Origin: Prasinococcaceae sp. CCMP 1430
Taxonomy: Eukaryota > Plantae > Prasinodermophyta
DNA: 25,994 nt
Direction: 5' to 3'
Assembly (NCBI GenBank): GCA_013416795.1
Contig: RQSC01001135.1
Location: 1-25,994, forward strand
In this document: positions 9,905 to 19,905 of the stretch, in pieces
Layout of the letters: every line of letters begins with the position of its first letter
How positions within the stretch are numbered: position 1 is the first letter of the stretch
Position numbers and translations under genes: made by a program
Notes under the pieces: model-generated
The model's input: only the letters and a program-made list of their open reading frames with translations
The model's database searches: none
What the model was told of the DNA's origin: nothing

Positions 9905-12900
9905 ATGCCGATTCACCTGCCGCGCGTGGACGGCGAGTCATGGGTGGACGTGAACTCGCTCTTCTCGTACTACAACGAGGTGTACTTCGGCCGCAAGCTC
10001 GGCGGCGGGCGGGTGACGCTGGGTTGGATCGACCGCGAGTCGGACGACCTCGACTTCCGGTACTGCCAATGCCACAAAGTGCCAAGCTGGTGGCACGGCC
10101 CGCAGCGCGTGCTCGCAGCTGGAGTGTGCTGTGAACACGAGCGCCTTCCTGGCGGACTGATGGTGCGCCGCGCGCACATCCGACTACCGATCGCGCTGCG
10201 CAACTTCCGCCTGACGCAGGAGACCAAGGAGAGCCTGCTGCACAGCATGATCCACGTGTACTTGTACCTCGAGCGGCTGCTGCTGCCAGACGAGCCGTTC
10301 TACGCGCACACGCGATCCTTCCAGCGCATCATGGAACGCATCAACACGGATACGCTCACGGTCGACCTGTACCGCCCGAAAGGCGGCTACAAGATCCTGT
10401 ACTGCGACCGCAACAAGGAGCAGGACGCCGCCGCCGCCCGGCAGGCGCTGGTGGACGGCTTCTCCGAGGACCACTTCAAGATGCTCTTCATCATCAGCAA
10501 GTACTCGCATCAGGCAGATCGCGCCAACGACACGGAGACGTGGATCCGCAAGCTACCGCTACTCGTCCTCGTGTACGAGGGCATCGTCGAGGGGCTCTTC
10601 GACTACGACTACGCCCCCACGAGCGTCTTCATCGGCGGCAAGCGTGTGTACCTCAACATCACACAGGAGGGACGCGACCACATCGACGACCTCGCCGAGG
10701 CGGGCATGGTGCGCTCGCTGCGCCTGGCGACCAGTGATCACCAGCCCGTGACGGCCCTACAGATTACGCCCGAAGGCCTGAGCATCCTTCGCAATATGCC
10801 ATCGGACGTCAAGACGGAGGTGATGAACTTCATCACCGCGCCCGATGGACAAAGCCTCCTATCGGTGGCGTTGCGGGGTGACTTGTTCTACCTGTCTGGC
10901 GTTGGCTACCTGGTCGAGAGCTCTGTGACGGACGTGGAGGACGTGAGCTACGTGTGCTCGCCATACCTGCCCCGCTTCTACATAGACCAAAAGAAGCCGA
11001 TGAGCTCAAACGCGCACCGCGCGCTGGAGAGCGCGTCCGGCGAGAGCAACCTCAAGGACGAGCTGGACGAGGCCATCATGCTGAGCCGCGTGGTAGTTCT
11101 TGTCGGCGAATATTTGCCCTTTGGCTCCAACCAGATGGTAGAGCTCAACGACAAGCTAGGCACGCGCGACCCCATCAAAGGCGGCTCGTTTGCCCCCCAA
11201 GTCGACGAAGAGTCGGCAAAGACGAACCTCGAGGTGCCTCCTGGCTTGACTGAGGTGATCATCAACTCGCACAACATGTCGCATTTCGTCAACCTCGAGG
11301 CCGAGGTGTTCTTTCCTGAGGACGAGGGCATCGTGCAGGTGGAGCAGATTGGCATTCGCTACTCGGTGTCGGGCAGCACCCTTTACGGCCTCATGGTTGA
11401 GGCTGTGCAGGACCGCGTTATGGACGGCATTTCGCTGGACAACATCGCGCGCATGATGGTAGACGTGGCCGTCGACAGCTCCAAGATCACCGACTCGATC
11501 ATCAACGAGCACCAGCGCCACCTGCTCGACGTGGTCTTCGGGGGGCACCCGACCAATCGCGACAAGTGCGTCGTGTTCATGGCGGAGGACATCATACCGC
11601 ACATGGCGGCCTCAAAATACAGAGACGGAGACCGATTTGAGAATGAAATAAAGCAGGTGATAGGTGACGTGCAGCGCACATATGACCTCACCGATGTCGA
11701 TGTGGTCATCTTCGGCACCACCGGCGTACTCTTTGCGGGGCCGGAAGCCTTTCGGCACGAGCCAATACTGACGGCGTACATGAGTCTACGCGGACGTGAG
11801 TCCTTTGTCGTGAACTTCTTCAACAGGCTCTTCGTGCTGGATGATCAGACCAAGGAAGTTCGCGACGGCATCAAAAACTTCAGCAAGGACCCACGCAGTG
11901 TGCCGAGACTACGCACCACGCTGCACGGCATGCACGAGGACACTCTTCTGCTCGGCGAAACCCTGCACTACTTGGAGCAGAGCATGGGCGAGTTGCGTCC
12001 CCTGGATGCGCTGCCTGCTGTGGACCACCCTGACTACGACACTGCTAAGCGGCTCTTCGACCTCCTCGACATCGAACGCACGCAGGAAAGCCTCAACACG
12101 CGCATTGTCGACATAAGGAAACAAGTCGACGCCACGTTGTCCGAGGTCATCTTTCTCATGTCGCAGGTGCACAATTGCGGCGACCTGCTCACGCGGAAGG
12201 TCATCCAGGACACGTCAAACATGTTCGTGTCCGTGGCGCAGCAGATGCGCAGCATGGAGGCGGCGTCTGTGTCGCTCAATGTCATGAAACTCATCTTCTC
12301 GGGCGAGCTCGCTTTTAAGTCACTCGACAGGGTCACTGGCGAGTGGTCGCTCGAAGACCAGCCATTCGCAAGGAGCATGCTCTTCTACCCCATCATTTGG
12401 TAAGCGCCGCACGTGCGCGGCTCTGCGCGCGCTCGAACGCTTGCTGTCGCGTCGCGACCGCGTGCCCCGCGCGCTCGCGCGTGTTCACGCAATGGCACTT
12501 CACGCTGACCTCACTTGTGCGTCAGGTCAAATCGCATGTACTTCGCAATTCTGTCGGTCGCTCTCTGGGCGACGGCGGGCTATGCCATCATCAGGCGCAT
12601 GCGTTCGATGGCCGACAAGGCAACGGGCGGCATATCGACGTCCTTTCGGATACAGTGCTCAGCGAATGTCGCCAAGCTGCGCGCGTTCCTGGACTCGCGC
12701 AATGTCACCGTGGAGGGCGTGATCGAGTCCGGCAGCAGCCTGGTCAGGGAGTTTACGTGGGAAGACAAGACAAGGCGTGTGTGGCTCGGGTACACGGCGA
12801 TCATCACGCTCGTGGTTGAGATGAGACACGGGTTCGTGCAGAGCGCTTCCATACGCATCGTTCGCCCGGCGAGCCAAGCCCCGAAGCTCTACCCACGCGA

Positions 12901-13381
12901 TTTGCAGGCGCTTCTGCTCGGCCAGCTCGAGGACGCGCGCGTGCTGGCCAAGACGAGCAACGTCATCTCGCTGAGCGGCGAGGCCCACTCGCCGCGCGTG
13001 CTCTTTGTGCGCGAGGTGGGCGCGACCCTCATGCGCGAAGTGGCCATCGACAAATCGAGCGTCGATTGCCTGTGCACGCGCATCGCCTCCAAGTTCCTGT
13101 ACAAACCCGAAAACGTCGTGTCCGTGAGCGTGCGCGAACTCCTGCCCGATGGCTCGTATTCCGACGAGGTGATCGAGACAGACCATCAGGTGACCAAGCT
13201 GCGCCCCTATGCCACCATCGACGTCATCTTCTCAGGCAAGCCAGACCCCGGCATCGCCAAGCTCAAACACATCAAGAGCAAGGACACGGACTTCCTCGAC
13301 GTGCTCCAGCGGCAAGGCCTCATGCCCGAGCTCGCCAAGGATCCGGCGCAGGCGCGCACCGACGGCGCGGGCGCGGCGTGA
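9905..13381 (+). CDS. Uncharacterised ~1116-aa protein: SprT/Spartan-like domain (HSMIH), unknown central region, CorA-like helical/2-TM region, ubiquitin-like C-terminus; exons 9905-12399 and 12526-13381
   Basis: Long ORF with strong coding-type codon bias. The GTAAG..CTGAC..CAG phase-2 intron 12400-12525 joins two ORFs in frame. The N-terminus (DVNSLFSYYNEVYF...AAGVC...IRLPIALRNFR...KESLLHSMIHVYL...HTRSFQRIMERIN...DLYRPKGGYKI) follows the plant SPRTN pattern. Confidence 0.85.
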
Positions 13382-13949
13382 GCCTCGCGCCCCGCCCTGT
13401 TGTACACTTTGTGATCCCCTCAATCGAACACACCCAACCTCGGTCCAACACGCCACGCGCGCGCGCACCACGCGCGCGAGCGAGTGCCCCGGGCGGCGCG
13501 CGTTCGAAGCGCGGCGCGCCTGCCCCATCAGAACGCAATGGCCGCCGGGTGAACATAAACCCTAACCAAAAATCGACCGCAACCTCAACCGGGACCGGCC
13601 CGTGTCAAATCGCGTGCGTCCGTCGCGTCCACGTCAAAATGCATCCACGCGTGGCCGTAGCCGTAGCGCACGTCAAATGGCATGCGCGCTTCGCTCGTCC
13701 TCGTCCTCCTTTGCCGCCGCTGCCGCCGCGCTCGCCCTCCGGGAGGTGGGTGGGTGGGGGGGGGCAACCTGAGGCAGAGCGCGCGCGGCCGGCGCGCGGC
13801 GCGGCGCGCCCCGTCTTCTCTCTCTCTCTCTCTCTTCCTACCCTCTCCCTCTCTGCGAGCCCGCCGCGCGGGCGCACCGCGCCGGGCGGCAGCGCAGCGG
13901 CGTCCAGGGCACGCGCGCGCGGAGCAGGGGGCGCGCGCGCGCCCTCACC

Positions 13950-14572
13950 ATGGGCGGAAGAGGAGGAGGAGGTGAAGACAAAGCCGAAGGCGAAGGCGCG
14001 CGCGTACGCTGCTGGAAGGCGGGCGAGGCGCTGATGGAGTGCCTTACGCCGTGGTGGCAGCTCTCCCAGATGTACGTGTACGGCGACTGGGATGACTGTG
14101 CACGGCAACGTGCGTCGGCGTTCCGTTGCCTTGTCGCCGACACAAAATTTGGCAGCAGAGGCACCGCAGCCAGCGACGTGGCGGAGCAGGGGGGTGCGAG
14201 CAAAGGCGCGACGGCCGATATGACCGCGGCGCAGGTGCGCGCACTGGCTGGGCCGGACAAGGTACGCAAGCGCGGGCGCAACGCTCGACCACGACTGATC
14301 GTATTTGGCCATGTTCTAACACGCCCTCCTTTCCCCCACACGCGCGCCTCACCCGGCCCCTGTGCGACCCTGCGCTCCCTCATACACAAACGACACACGA
14401 CGCGCGCTCTGATGAGCAGACGCCGGACATATGGACGCTGCGCACGCGCGAGGAGGCACAGGCTGACTGGATGCGCAACTACAAGCCCTCTCAGGGCAGC
14501 ATTGCGTCCGATCTGCGCGCAGCGGCTGCGGCTGCGGCCGACGCAGAGGCCAAGGCCAGCGGCCAAGCTTGA
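13950..14572 (+). CDS. DUF3128 / EMI1 / C22orf39-like small Cys-containing protein; exons 13950-14261 and ~14420-14572
   Basis: RCWKAGEALMECLTPWWQLSQMYVYGDWDDC...FRCL and C-terminal DIWTLRTREEA match the family pattern. GTACG donor at 14262, CTAAC branch, tandem GAGCAG acceptor (14416/14419, both in frame). Confidence 0.72.
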
Positions 14573-14699
14573 TCCCGAAGCGGCGTGGAAGGGCCCCGCG
14601 TGCGACCGCACAAGCGCGAGCACGCTGACCATTTCTCAGCGCACGACCACTTTTTGACTCTATAATATCCGCAGTATGTTTCTCACATGTGTCGCCTGG

Positions 14700-16421
14700 C
14701 TAGGAAGGCACTTCGCTCGGCTGGACGCTGCGCTCCGCCGGCAGATAGACCACAAAGGAGCCATCCGCAGAGAAGGAGCCGGGGTTGACCGCTTGCGTGT
14801 CGCCACATGTGACTGTGGCCTGCGCGCTCGAGTCCGCGAGGACGAGCACGTCAGGTGCGTCATACAGCCGCATGGCGCTGTCGAAGTCCCAATACACAGC
14901 CTGCGCCGCGAGCGGCACGGGTGAGAGGTGCGCTTGCCCCAGCAGCGTTGTGGCCATCACCGCGAACATGCCGCCCTCCTCCGGTTCAGTCGGCGGCGCG
15001 AGGGCCAGGCGGCGCATCTTCATGGCGATGTTCGAGCGGTACAGCACAATCTCTTGTGTGTAGAACCTCACCCGACACGGATTAGATCCGAAGCTCACCC
15101 TGCACTTGCCCTGTTTGGTGAGCTTTTCTGTGACATACTCGGGTAGATGCGGCCGCGGCAGTGCCGACCCGGCTGGCCCAGGATCGTTTGGTCCGGGGAC
15201 AAGCAGGAACAGCGAATGCTCACAGATTTGCGGGTGCTCCTCGATGAGCTCGCCCAGCTCGCTCAGCTTGCGCGAGAGCGTGGCCACGCGCGCAGCCGTG
15301 CTCCCGCCCGAGCCGCCCTCGGCGCCAGCGCTCTGCCTGCTCGCGGCGCCACCGCCGGCCCACTCACCCCCGTCGCCGCTCAGGAAGTCGCCCATAAGCA
15401 CGAACATGGTCGGCGGAGCCATGCCGTCGGCGGTGGACGCCTCAAAACCACTCAGCACTTTCTGCAAGCTTTCCATGGTCGCGGGGTCATCGAGGTGCAC
15501 GTCCGACATGAGCACAAGCATGTCCCCGGTCGCTGCCTGTTCCAAACGCCTGAGGTGCTCTTCATCTCCCGCCGCCGTAGCTGCTGCCGCTCCGCCCATC
15601 GCCGCGTGGCCTGCCCTGGCCGCCTCGGCCTTCGTGACGAGCGGCGGCGACGCCAGCTCGTGCACCTCGAACACGCCGTCCGACGGGCGCATCACCCCCT
15701 TTGCGAGCACAATGCAGCACTCGGTGAAAACGCCCCCGAGATGCACCGCCCGGCGCATGTCGATTGTCACCGTGCCCGACGTATCCTCGAGCGAGAACGT
15801 GTCCTCGCGAAGCTGCACGAGCGCCCCCATGATGCACCGCACGACGCCCATGCCCGAGCCCAGCAACGACGCGATCGGCACGATATCGTTGCCCGCGCTT
15901 TGCCCGCCACCGCCCGGGCCAAGGCTGCGTGCAGAAGGTCCGGCCAGCACCGGCTTGGAGAGTCCCGGCAGCAGCGAGAGCCGCTCCTGCAGCAGGTACA
16001 GTCGGTCGCGGAATGCGGCCGTCTTCGCCTCCGGTGAGCCAAGCAGCGTGCCCGGATCGCCCATCTCGCGAAAGCGCCGCAGTGCGAGGTCATAGGTGAG
16101 CCGCGGGCCCGCGAACGCCGAGATCACGGCCACGGGCTCGACCGCCGTGCCGTCTGCATCGGCCGTCGCAGCAGCGGTCTCGGTGGGCGCGGCCGCGCTC
16201 GCGGTGTGCAGCGCCTTCACCGCCGCCTCGGGCGAGACGATGTTCGTGCCGGCCTCCTCGCACAGCGCCGTCACCGACTCGAGCACTTGCTCGATGAGCC
16301 CGTCCGGGTCGTCCCAGCTGCCCGCCGCCTCGGCGATCGCGCCCAGCGCCCCCATCGAGAGCGAGAAGCCCGCCGCGGCAAACTCGCGGTGCACCGCCGC
16401 GCGCGTCGCGGCATCGGCCAT
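14700..16421 (-). CDS. POLE2: DNA polymerase epsilon subunit B (DPB2), intronless, ~573 aa
   Basis: AFRDRLYLLQERL, FSLEDTSGTV, GVFTECCIVLAKG, LMSDVHLDDP, FVLMGDF, FLLVPGPNDPG, LPRPHLP, SNPCRVRFYTQEIVLYR, QAHLSPVP, VYWDFDSAMRLYDAPDVLVLAD, VNPGSF. ATG 16421 (MADAATRAAV) is preferred over 16490, which lies within the promoter motif. Confidence 0.94.
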   Translation of the reverse strand: MADAATRAAVHREFAAAGFSLSMGALGAIAEAAGSWDDPDGLIEQVLESVTALCEEAGTNIVSPEAAVKALHTASAAAPTETAAATADADGTAVEPVAVISAFAGPRLTYDLALRRFREMGDPGTLLGSPEAKTAAFRDRLYLLQERLSLLPGLSKPVLAGPSARSLGPGGGGQSAGNDIVPIASLLGSGMGVVRCIMGALVQLREDTFSLEDTSGTVTIDMRRAVHLGGVFTECCIVLAKGVMRPSDGVFEVHELASPPLVTKAEAARAGHAAMGGAAAATAAGDEEHLRRLEQAATGDMLVLMSDVHLDDPATMESLQKVLSGFEASTADGMAPPTMFVLMGDFLSGDGGEWAGGGAASRQSAGAEGGSGGSTAARVATLSRKLSELGELIEEHPQICEHSLFLLVPGPNDPGPAGSALPRPHLPEYVTEKLTKQGKCRVSFGSNPCRVRFYTQEIVLYRSNIAMKMRRLALAPPTEPEEGGMFAVMATTLLGQAHLSPVPLAAQAVYWDFDSAMRLYDAPDVLVLADSSAQATVTCGDTQAVNPGSFSADGSFVVYLPAERSVQPSEVPS

Positions 16422-16470
16422 CGCCCCCGCCGCAGCAGTCGCGCCCCCGCCCCGCGCGCGCTCGCTTCTG

Positions 16471-16490
16471 CAAAATGCATCAAAATGCAT
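16471..16490. promoter_or_regulatory. Tandem CAAAATGCAT x2, a copy of the recurrent intergenic motif, ~50 nt upstream of the POLE2 ATG
   Basis: The same motif occurs at 1694-1705, 13633-13644, 17099-17107 and 17209-17221, all in 5' intergenic regions. Confidence 0.5.
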
Positions 16491-16958
16491 TGATCTTCAT
16501 ACGACCTCCGGGGATTCGGTGCGAAACGGTTTTTTCGTGTCGGTGCTGGGGGAACCGGCCTCGGTTGTTATGCGCGCGCCGCCGCGCCCTCGCGCCAACC
16601 AGCGCAAAACGGCCGTACGCCGCATGCCTTTTGATATATATTAGATATCCCGTGGGAGCAATAGACGTTTTTATGAATGTTGTGGCGCGCCGCGCCGAGC
16701 CATCCGGCCACCGGCCAGCCGGCCACAGCCAGCGAGCCGGGCGCGGCCGAGTCCGTCCGCTGCGCGCGCGCGAGCCCCGGCCCCGCGCCGCACCACCGCC
16801 CGCACACCGCGGCAAGATCGAACCGACGGCGGACCCTCGCCGCGGGGAGGGGCCGATGGGCTGGCGGACCGGCCCGCCGGCCAGCCGGGGAAGGGGGGGG
16901 GGGGAGGTAGCAGCTCGCGGGCGCGCTGTGCCACCCGCGGGCGCGCGCTCGAAACGCG

Positions 16959-16981
16959 TTTCGCGCTCGAAACGCGCGAAA
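16959..16981. promoter_or_regulatory. Inverted pair of E2F-consensus sites (TTTCGCGC / GCGCGAAA) upstream of POLE2
   Basis: Both match TTTSSCGC, and replication genes such as DPB2 are established E2F targets. The GC-rich background makes chance matches possible. Confidence 0.45.
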
Positions 16982-17610
16982 CGCGCCCCAAACAGGGTCC
17001 CTTTCCAATATATAATAACATCGCAACATTTGCACACCGCCGTACTGACCCCAATTATGTTTCGGTTTTGGCCCATTGGCCGGGGTCCCGGGCAAGGCGC
17101 ATTTTGAGCGCCGAAAAAGGGTTCCATGTAATGATCAAATTATATTATTTAATTTGGACAACACGGATCTGACCCCAATTACGTTTTGGCGCGCGGGCGC
17201 TCAAACGAATGCATTTTTGACGTCGGGCGCCCTCCAACCCGAACGCGCGCCGCGCCGCGGCGGGGGGCGCGCCCGCGGCCCCCCCACCCGGTCCGGATCG
17301 CGCAGATTTTTTGAAACCGTCGTTCTGTAAATTGGTACGATGTTTTGGTCGCGACATCCGACGGCTTGAAATCCGTGGAGTTGGGCGCGCAGCCACGCGC
17401 AGCCACGCGCTCACCACACACTCGGCAGCGGCGCGCCTGCAGACACGGCGCAGGGGGGGGGGGGGCGGGGAAGGGGGCATTGGCGCGGCCACAGCGCGCG
17501 CGGCGTGCGGTCCAGGAGCCAATCGGACGCCGTTCCGATCGGCGTCGGGGAGGGGGGCGCGATGGTGGCGTGCGCGACGGCGGCGCCGGCGCGCGAGCGC
17601 CCGCGCGCGC

Positions 17611-18405
17611 ATGGCGCCCGGCGGCCGCGACGAGGAGAAGTACAGCGCGCGCACGCGGCTGCGGTCGGAGGCCACGGCGCCATTCCGCGCGTTCCGCAAG
17701 TTCATCTGGGGAGGCCTGGGCGCGTCGGCGGCCATCGGCACGGGCGTCGCCGGCGTGCAGACCCTCGCGGCCGCGCTCGGCGCTCCTGCAGCAATGCCGC
17801 TCAGTCAGACGGCCGAGACGCTCGGTATCGATTTGGCGGGGCTGGCGACGATGATCTTTCTTTGGCGCCGCGAGGCGGCCGCTGACGAGCGCTCCATGGC
17901 GATGATATCGCGCGAGGAGCGGCTGGGTGAGCTGCAGGTAGAGCTCTCCAGTGGGAAGCTCGCCAAGATGAAGGACCTCCGCGAGATGTGCAGGCCGGTC
18001 ATCGTAGCGGGCTCGGCGGAGGACGTGGTCGCTGCGCTCGAAGAGGCCGAGAGCGCCGACATGCGCGCAGGGCTCGAGTCGAAGAGCGTGCTGGTGGTGC
18101 CGATGGTGCTGGCCGCGGACGGCAGCGGGCGCGCGGGCCCGCAGATCGAAGCGGGCGGCGACGAAAATCTTCGCTGGCGCGTGACGCCCATCCTGGCCGA
18201 GCGCTGGGCGGACTGGGTGACCGAGCAGATGCGCATGGCCAAGGTGGCGGAGGGCCGGCCCGTGTGGCTCAGCCTGCGCGCCGACGGGCGCATTCGCGCG
18301 AGCGGCGTTGGCGCGGCGCCGTGGGCGCGCATGGCGGCAGAGCTCGCGCCGATGGACTCGAAGCTCGCGGGCTTCGACGGCTCCATGAGCGGGCCGTTCG
18401 TCTGA
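17611..18405 (+). CDS. DUF3493 / LOW PSII ACCUMULATION 1-like protein (no TPR domain)
   Basis: RLRSEATAPFRAFRKFIWGGLGASAAIG, two hydrophobic helices, ISREERLGELQV, LREMCRPVIVAG, VWLSLRADGRIRASGVGAAPW...ELAP. The start is uncertain. Confidence 0.82.
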   Translation: MAPGGRDEEKYSARTRLRSEATAPFRAFRKFIWGGLGASAAIGTGVAGVQTLAAALGAPAAMPLSQTAETLGIDLAGLATMIFLWRREAAADERSMAMISREERLGELQVELSSGKLAKMKDLREMCRPVIVAGSAEDVVAALEEAESADMRAGLESKSVLVVPMVLAADGSGRAGPQIEAGGDENLRWRVTPILAERWADWVTEQMRMAKVAEGRPVWLSLRADGRIRASGVGAAPWARMAAELAPMDSKLAGFDGSMSGPFV

Positions 18406-18727
18406 CTTGGCGTGCGCGCCGCTCGAGGCTTTTTTGTGTGCCTCGAGCCATACTCGTGCCCAACCTCGCGCGTACGCGTGCGCGCGCCCGCTGTACAAGC
18501 CCAGACAGTACCATAAGAAACTCCCCCCGCTCTCAATGCTGGCGGACCCACCAATCGGCCCCTGCTGGCCTGCATCCCCGGCGCGCTGTGCCTGTCGGCC
18601 TCGTACAACAACGAGAGTACTGCGATTACAGGCATTGCACTGACGGTCGTTGGGGCGGTCCTGAGGACTGCCGCCTGGGCGCCTATCCGGGCAGACTTTA
18701 CCCACAGTTGCGCACCCCAGCGCATTC

Positions 18728-19792
18728 TCACGAGAAGCCGCCCTTTATGCCGCCTCCGAGGCTCGACGCGAGCGAGAACGCCGGGAAGACGATGTTCGGG
18801 AACTTTTTGGAGAGTTGCACGAACTCCTCGTAGCTGATCCTGCCGTCGCCGTCCTTGTCGCACTGCGTCATCAGCCATTTGACCTTGCGGTCAAGCTGCT
18901 TCTCGGTGGCCATGTTAGTGGCCTTCACGATCTTACGCAGCTCGTCCTTGTCGATGTAGCCGCTCGCATCGAGGTCGAAAATCTCGAACGCAAACTTGAC
19001 CTTGTCGTCACGCGCGGTGGAGCCCACATTGCACAGCCCCACGATGAATTCCTTGAGGTCGATGCTGCCACTGCGATCGCTGTCGAAGAGCGAGAAGAGC
19101 CGCTCGACGTATTGCGATCGCTCCACGCGCAGCACGCGGCAGAACTCGTTGATGTCCACCTGCCCGCTTCCGTCCGCGTCCACAGTCTTGAACTTGCTGT
19201 AGATTTTTTTGAGGGCGTCTGCATCCAGGCCATACATGCGCTGGAAGGCCTCCATATCCTCCATCGGGTTGCCACTTGCCGGCCCGGTCGCGGCGCCAAC
19301 AACGCCTGGGCCCATAGGGGGCATGCCCATACCCTTTCCGTCCATCATGGCCTTGCCATCCATGCCTATGCCCGCCCCCGCCCCCATGCCCATGCCCATG
19401 CCGCCGCGCACACCGCCACCCATACCCGACGCTCCCCCTCCTATGCCACCATAGCCGCCGCCCATGCCCTGTGGCATGCCCGCCGGCGGTGCGTACTGCG
19501 GGATCGAGGCTGCGAACGTCTGCACGAGGCGTGCGAACTCCTCGAAGCTCACCTGGCCGTCGCCATCCTGGTCGGCCATGAGGATCATCTCGTCGACCTC
19601 GTCGTCGGTGACCTTCTCGCCAATGCTCTGCAGGATGTGCGAAATCTGCGCTGCGCCAACGTATCCGTTCTTGTCGAGGTCGAACTCACGGAAGGCGTCC
19701 TTCACCTGCTGCGGCGTAAGCGCGCCGCCGGGGCCTGCGCCAACCGGCGGGCCAGCGGCCATGCCGCCGCCCATCCCGCCGAGCTGCTGCAT
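18728..19792 (-). CDS. Six-EF-hand Ca2+-binding protein: calmodulin-like lobe + Gly/Met/Pro linker + calcineurin-B-like four-EF-hand domain; may be 5'-incomplete
   Basis: EF loops [72 protein letters not shown]. Confidence 0.88.
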   Translation of the reverse strand: MQQLGGMGGGMAAGPPVGAGPGGALTPQQVKDAFREFDLDKNGYVGAAQISHILQSIGEKVTDDEVDEMILMADQDGDGQVSFEEFARLVQTFAASIPQYAPPAGMPQGMGGGYGGIGGGASGMGGGVRGGMGMGMGAGAGIGMDGKAMMDGKGMGMPPMGPGVVGAATGPASGNPMEDMEAFQRMYGLDADALKKIYSKFKTVDADGSGQVDINEFCRVLRVERSQYVERLFSLFDSDRSGSIDLKEFIVGLCNVGSTARDDKVKFAFEIFDLDASGYIDKDELRKIVKATNMATEKQLDRKVKWLMTQCDKDGDGRISYEEFVQLSKKFPNIVFPAFSLASSLGGGIKGGFS

Positions 19793-19905
19793 GGTACGCT
19801 GCTTGCTTGCCGCACGTGAAGAGGCCTACGTGCGCTTCTTGCGCCCCCTCTCGGCCACCCACACACACCCGGTGCCCGCGCGCTCCTGCGCTCCTGCGCC
19901 CGCAG

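Noticed and set aside
16422-16490. Upstream ATG (MHFDAF...) for POLE2; similarly the ORF starting at 1694 (MHFDM...)
   Set aside because: These ATGs are part of the recurrent ATGCATTTTGA non-coding motif.
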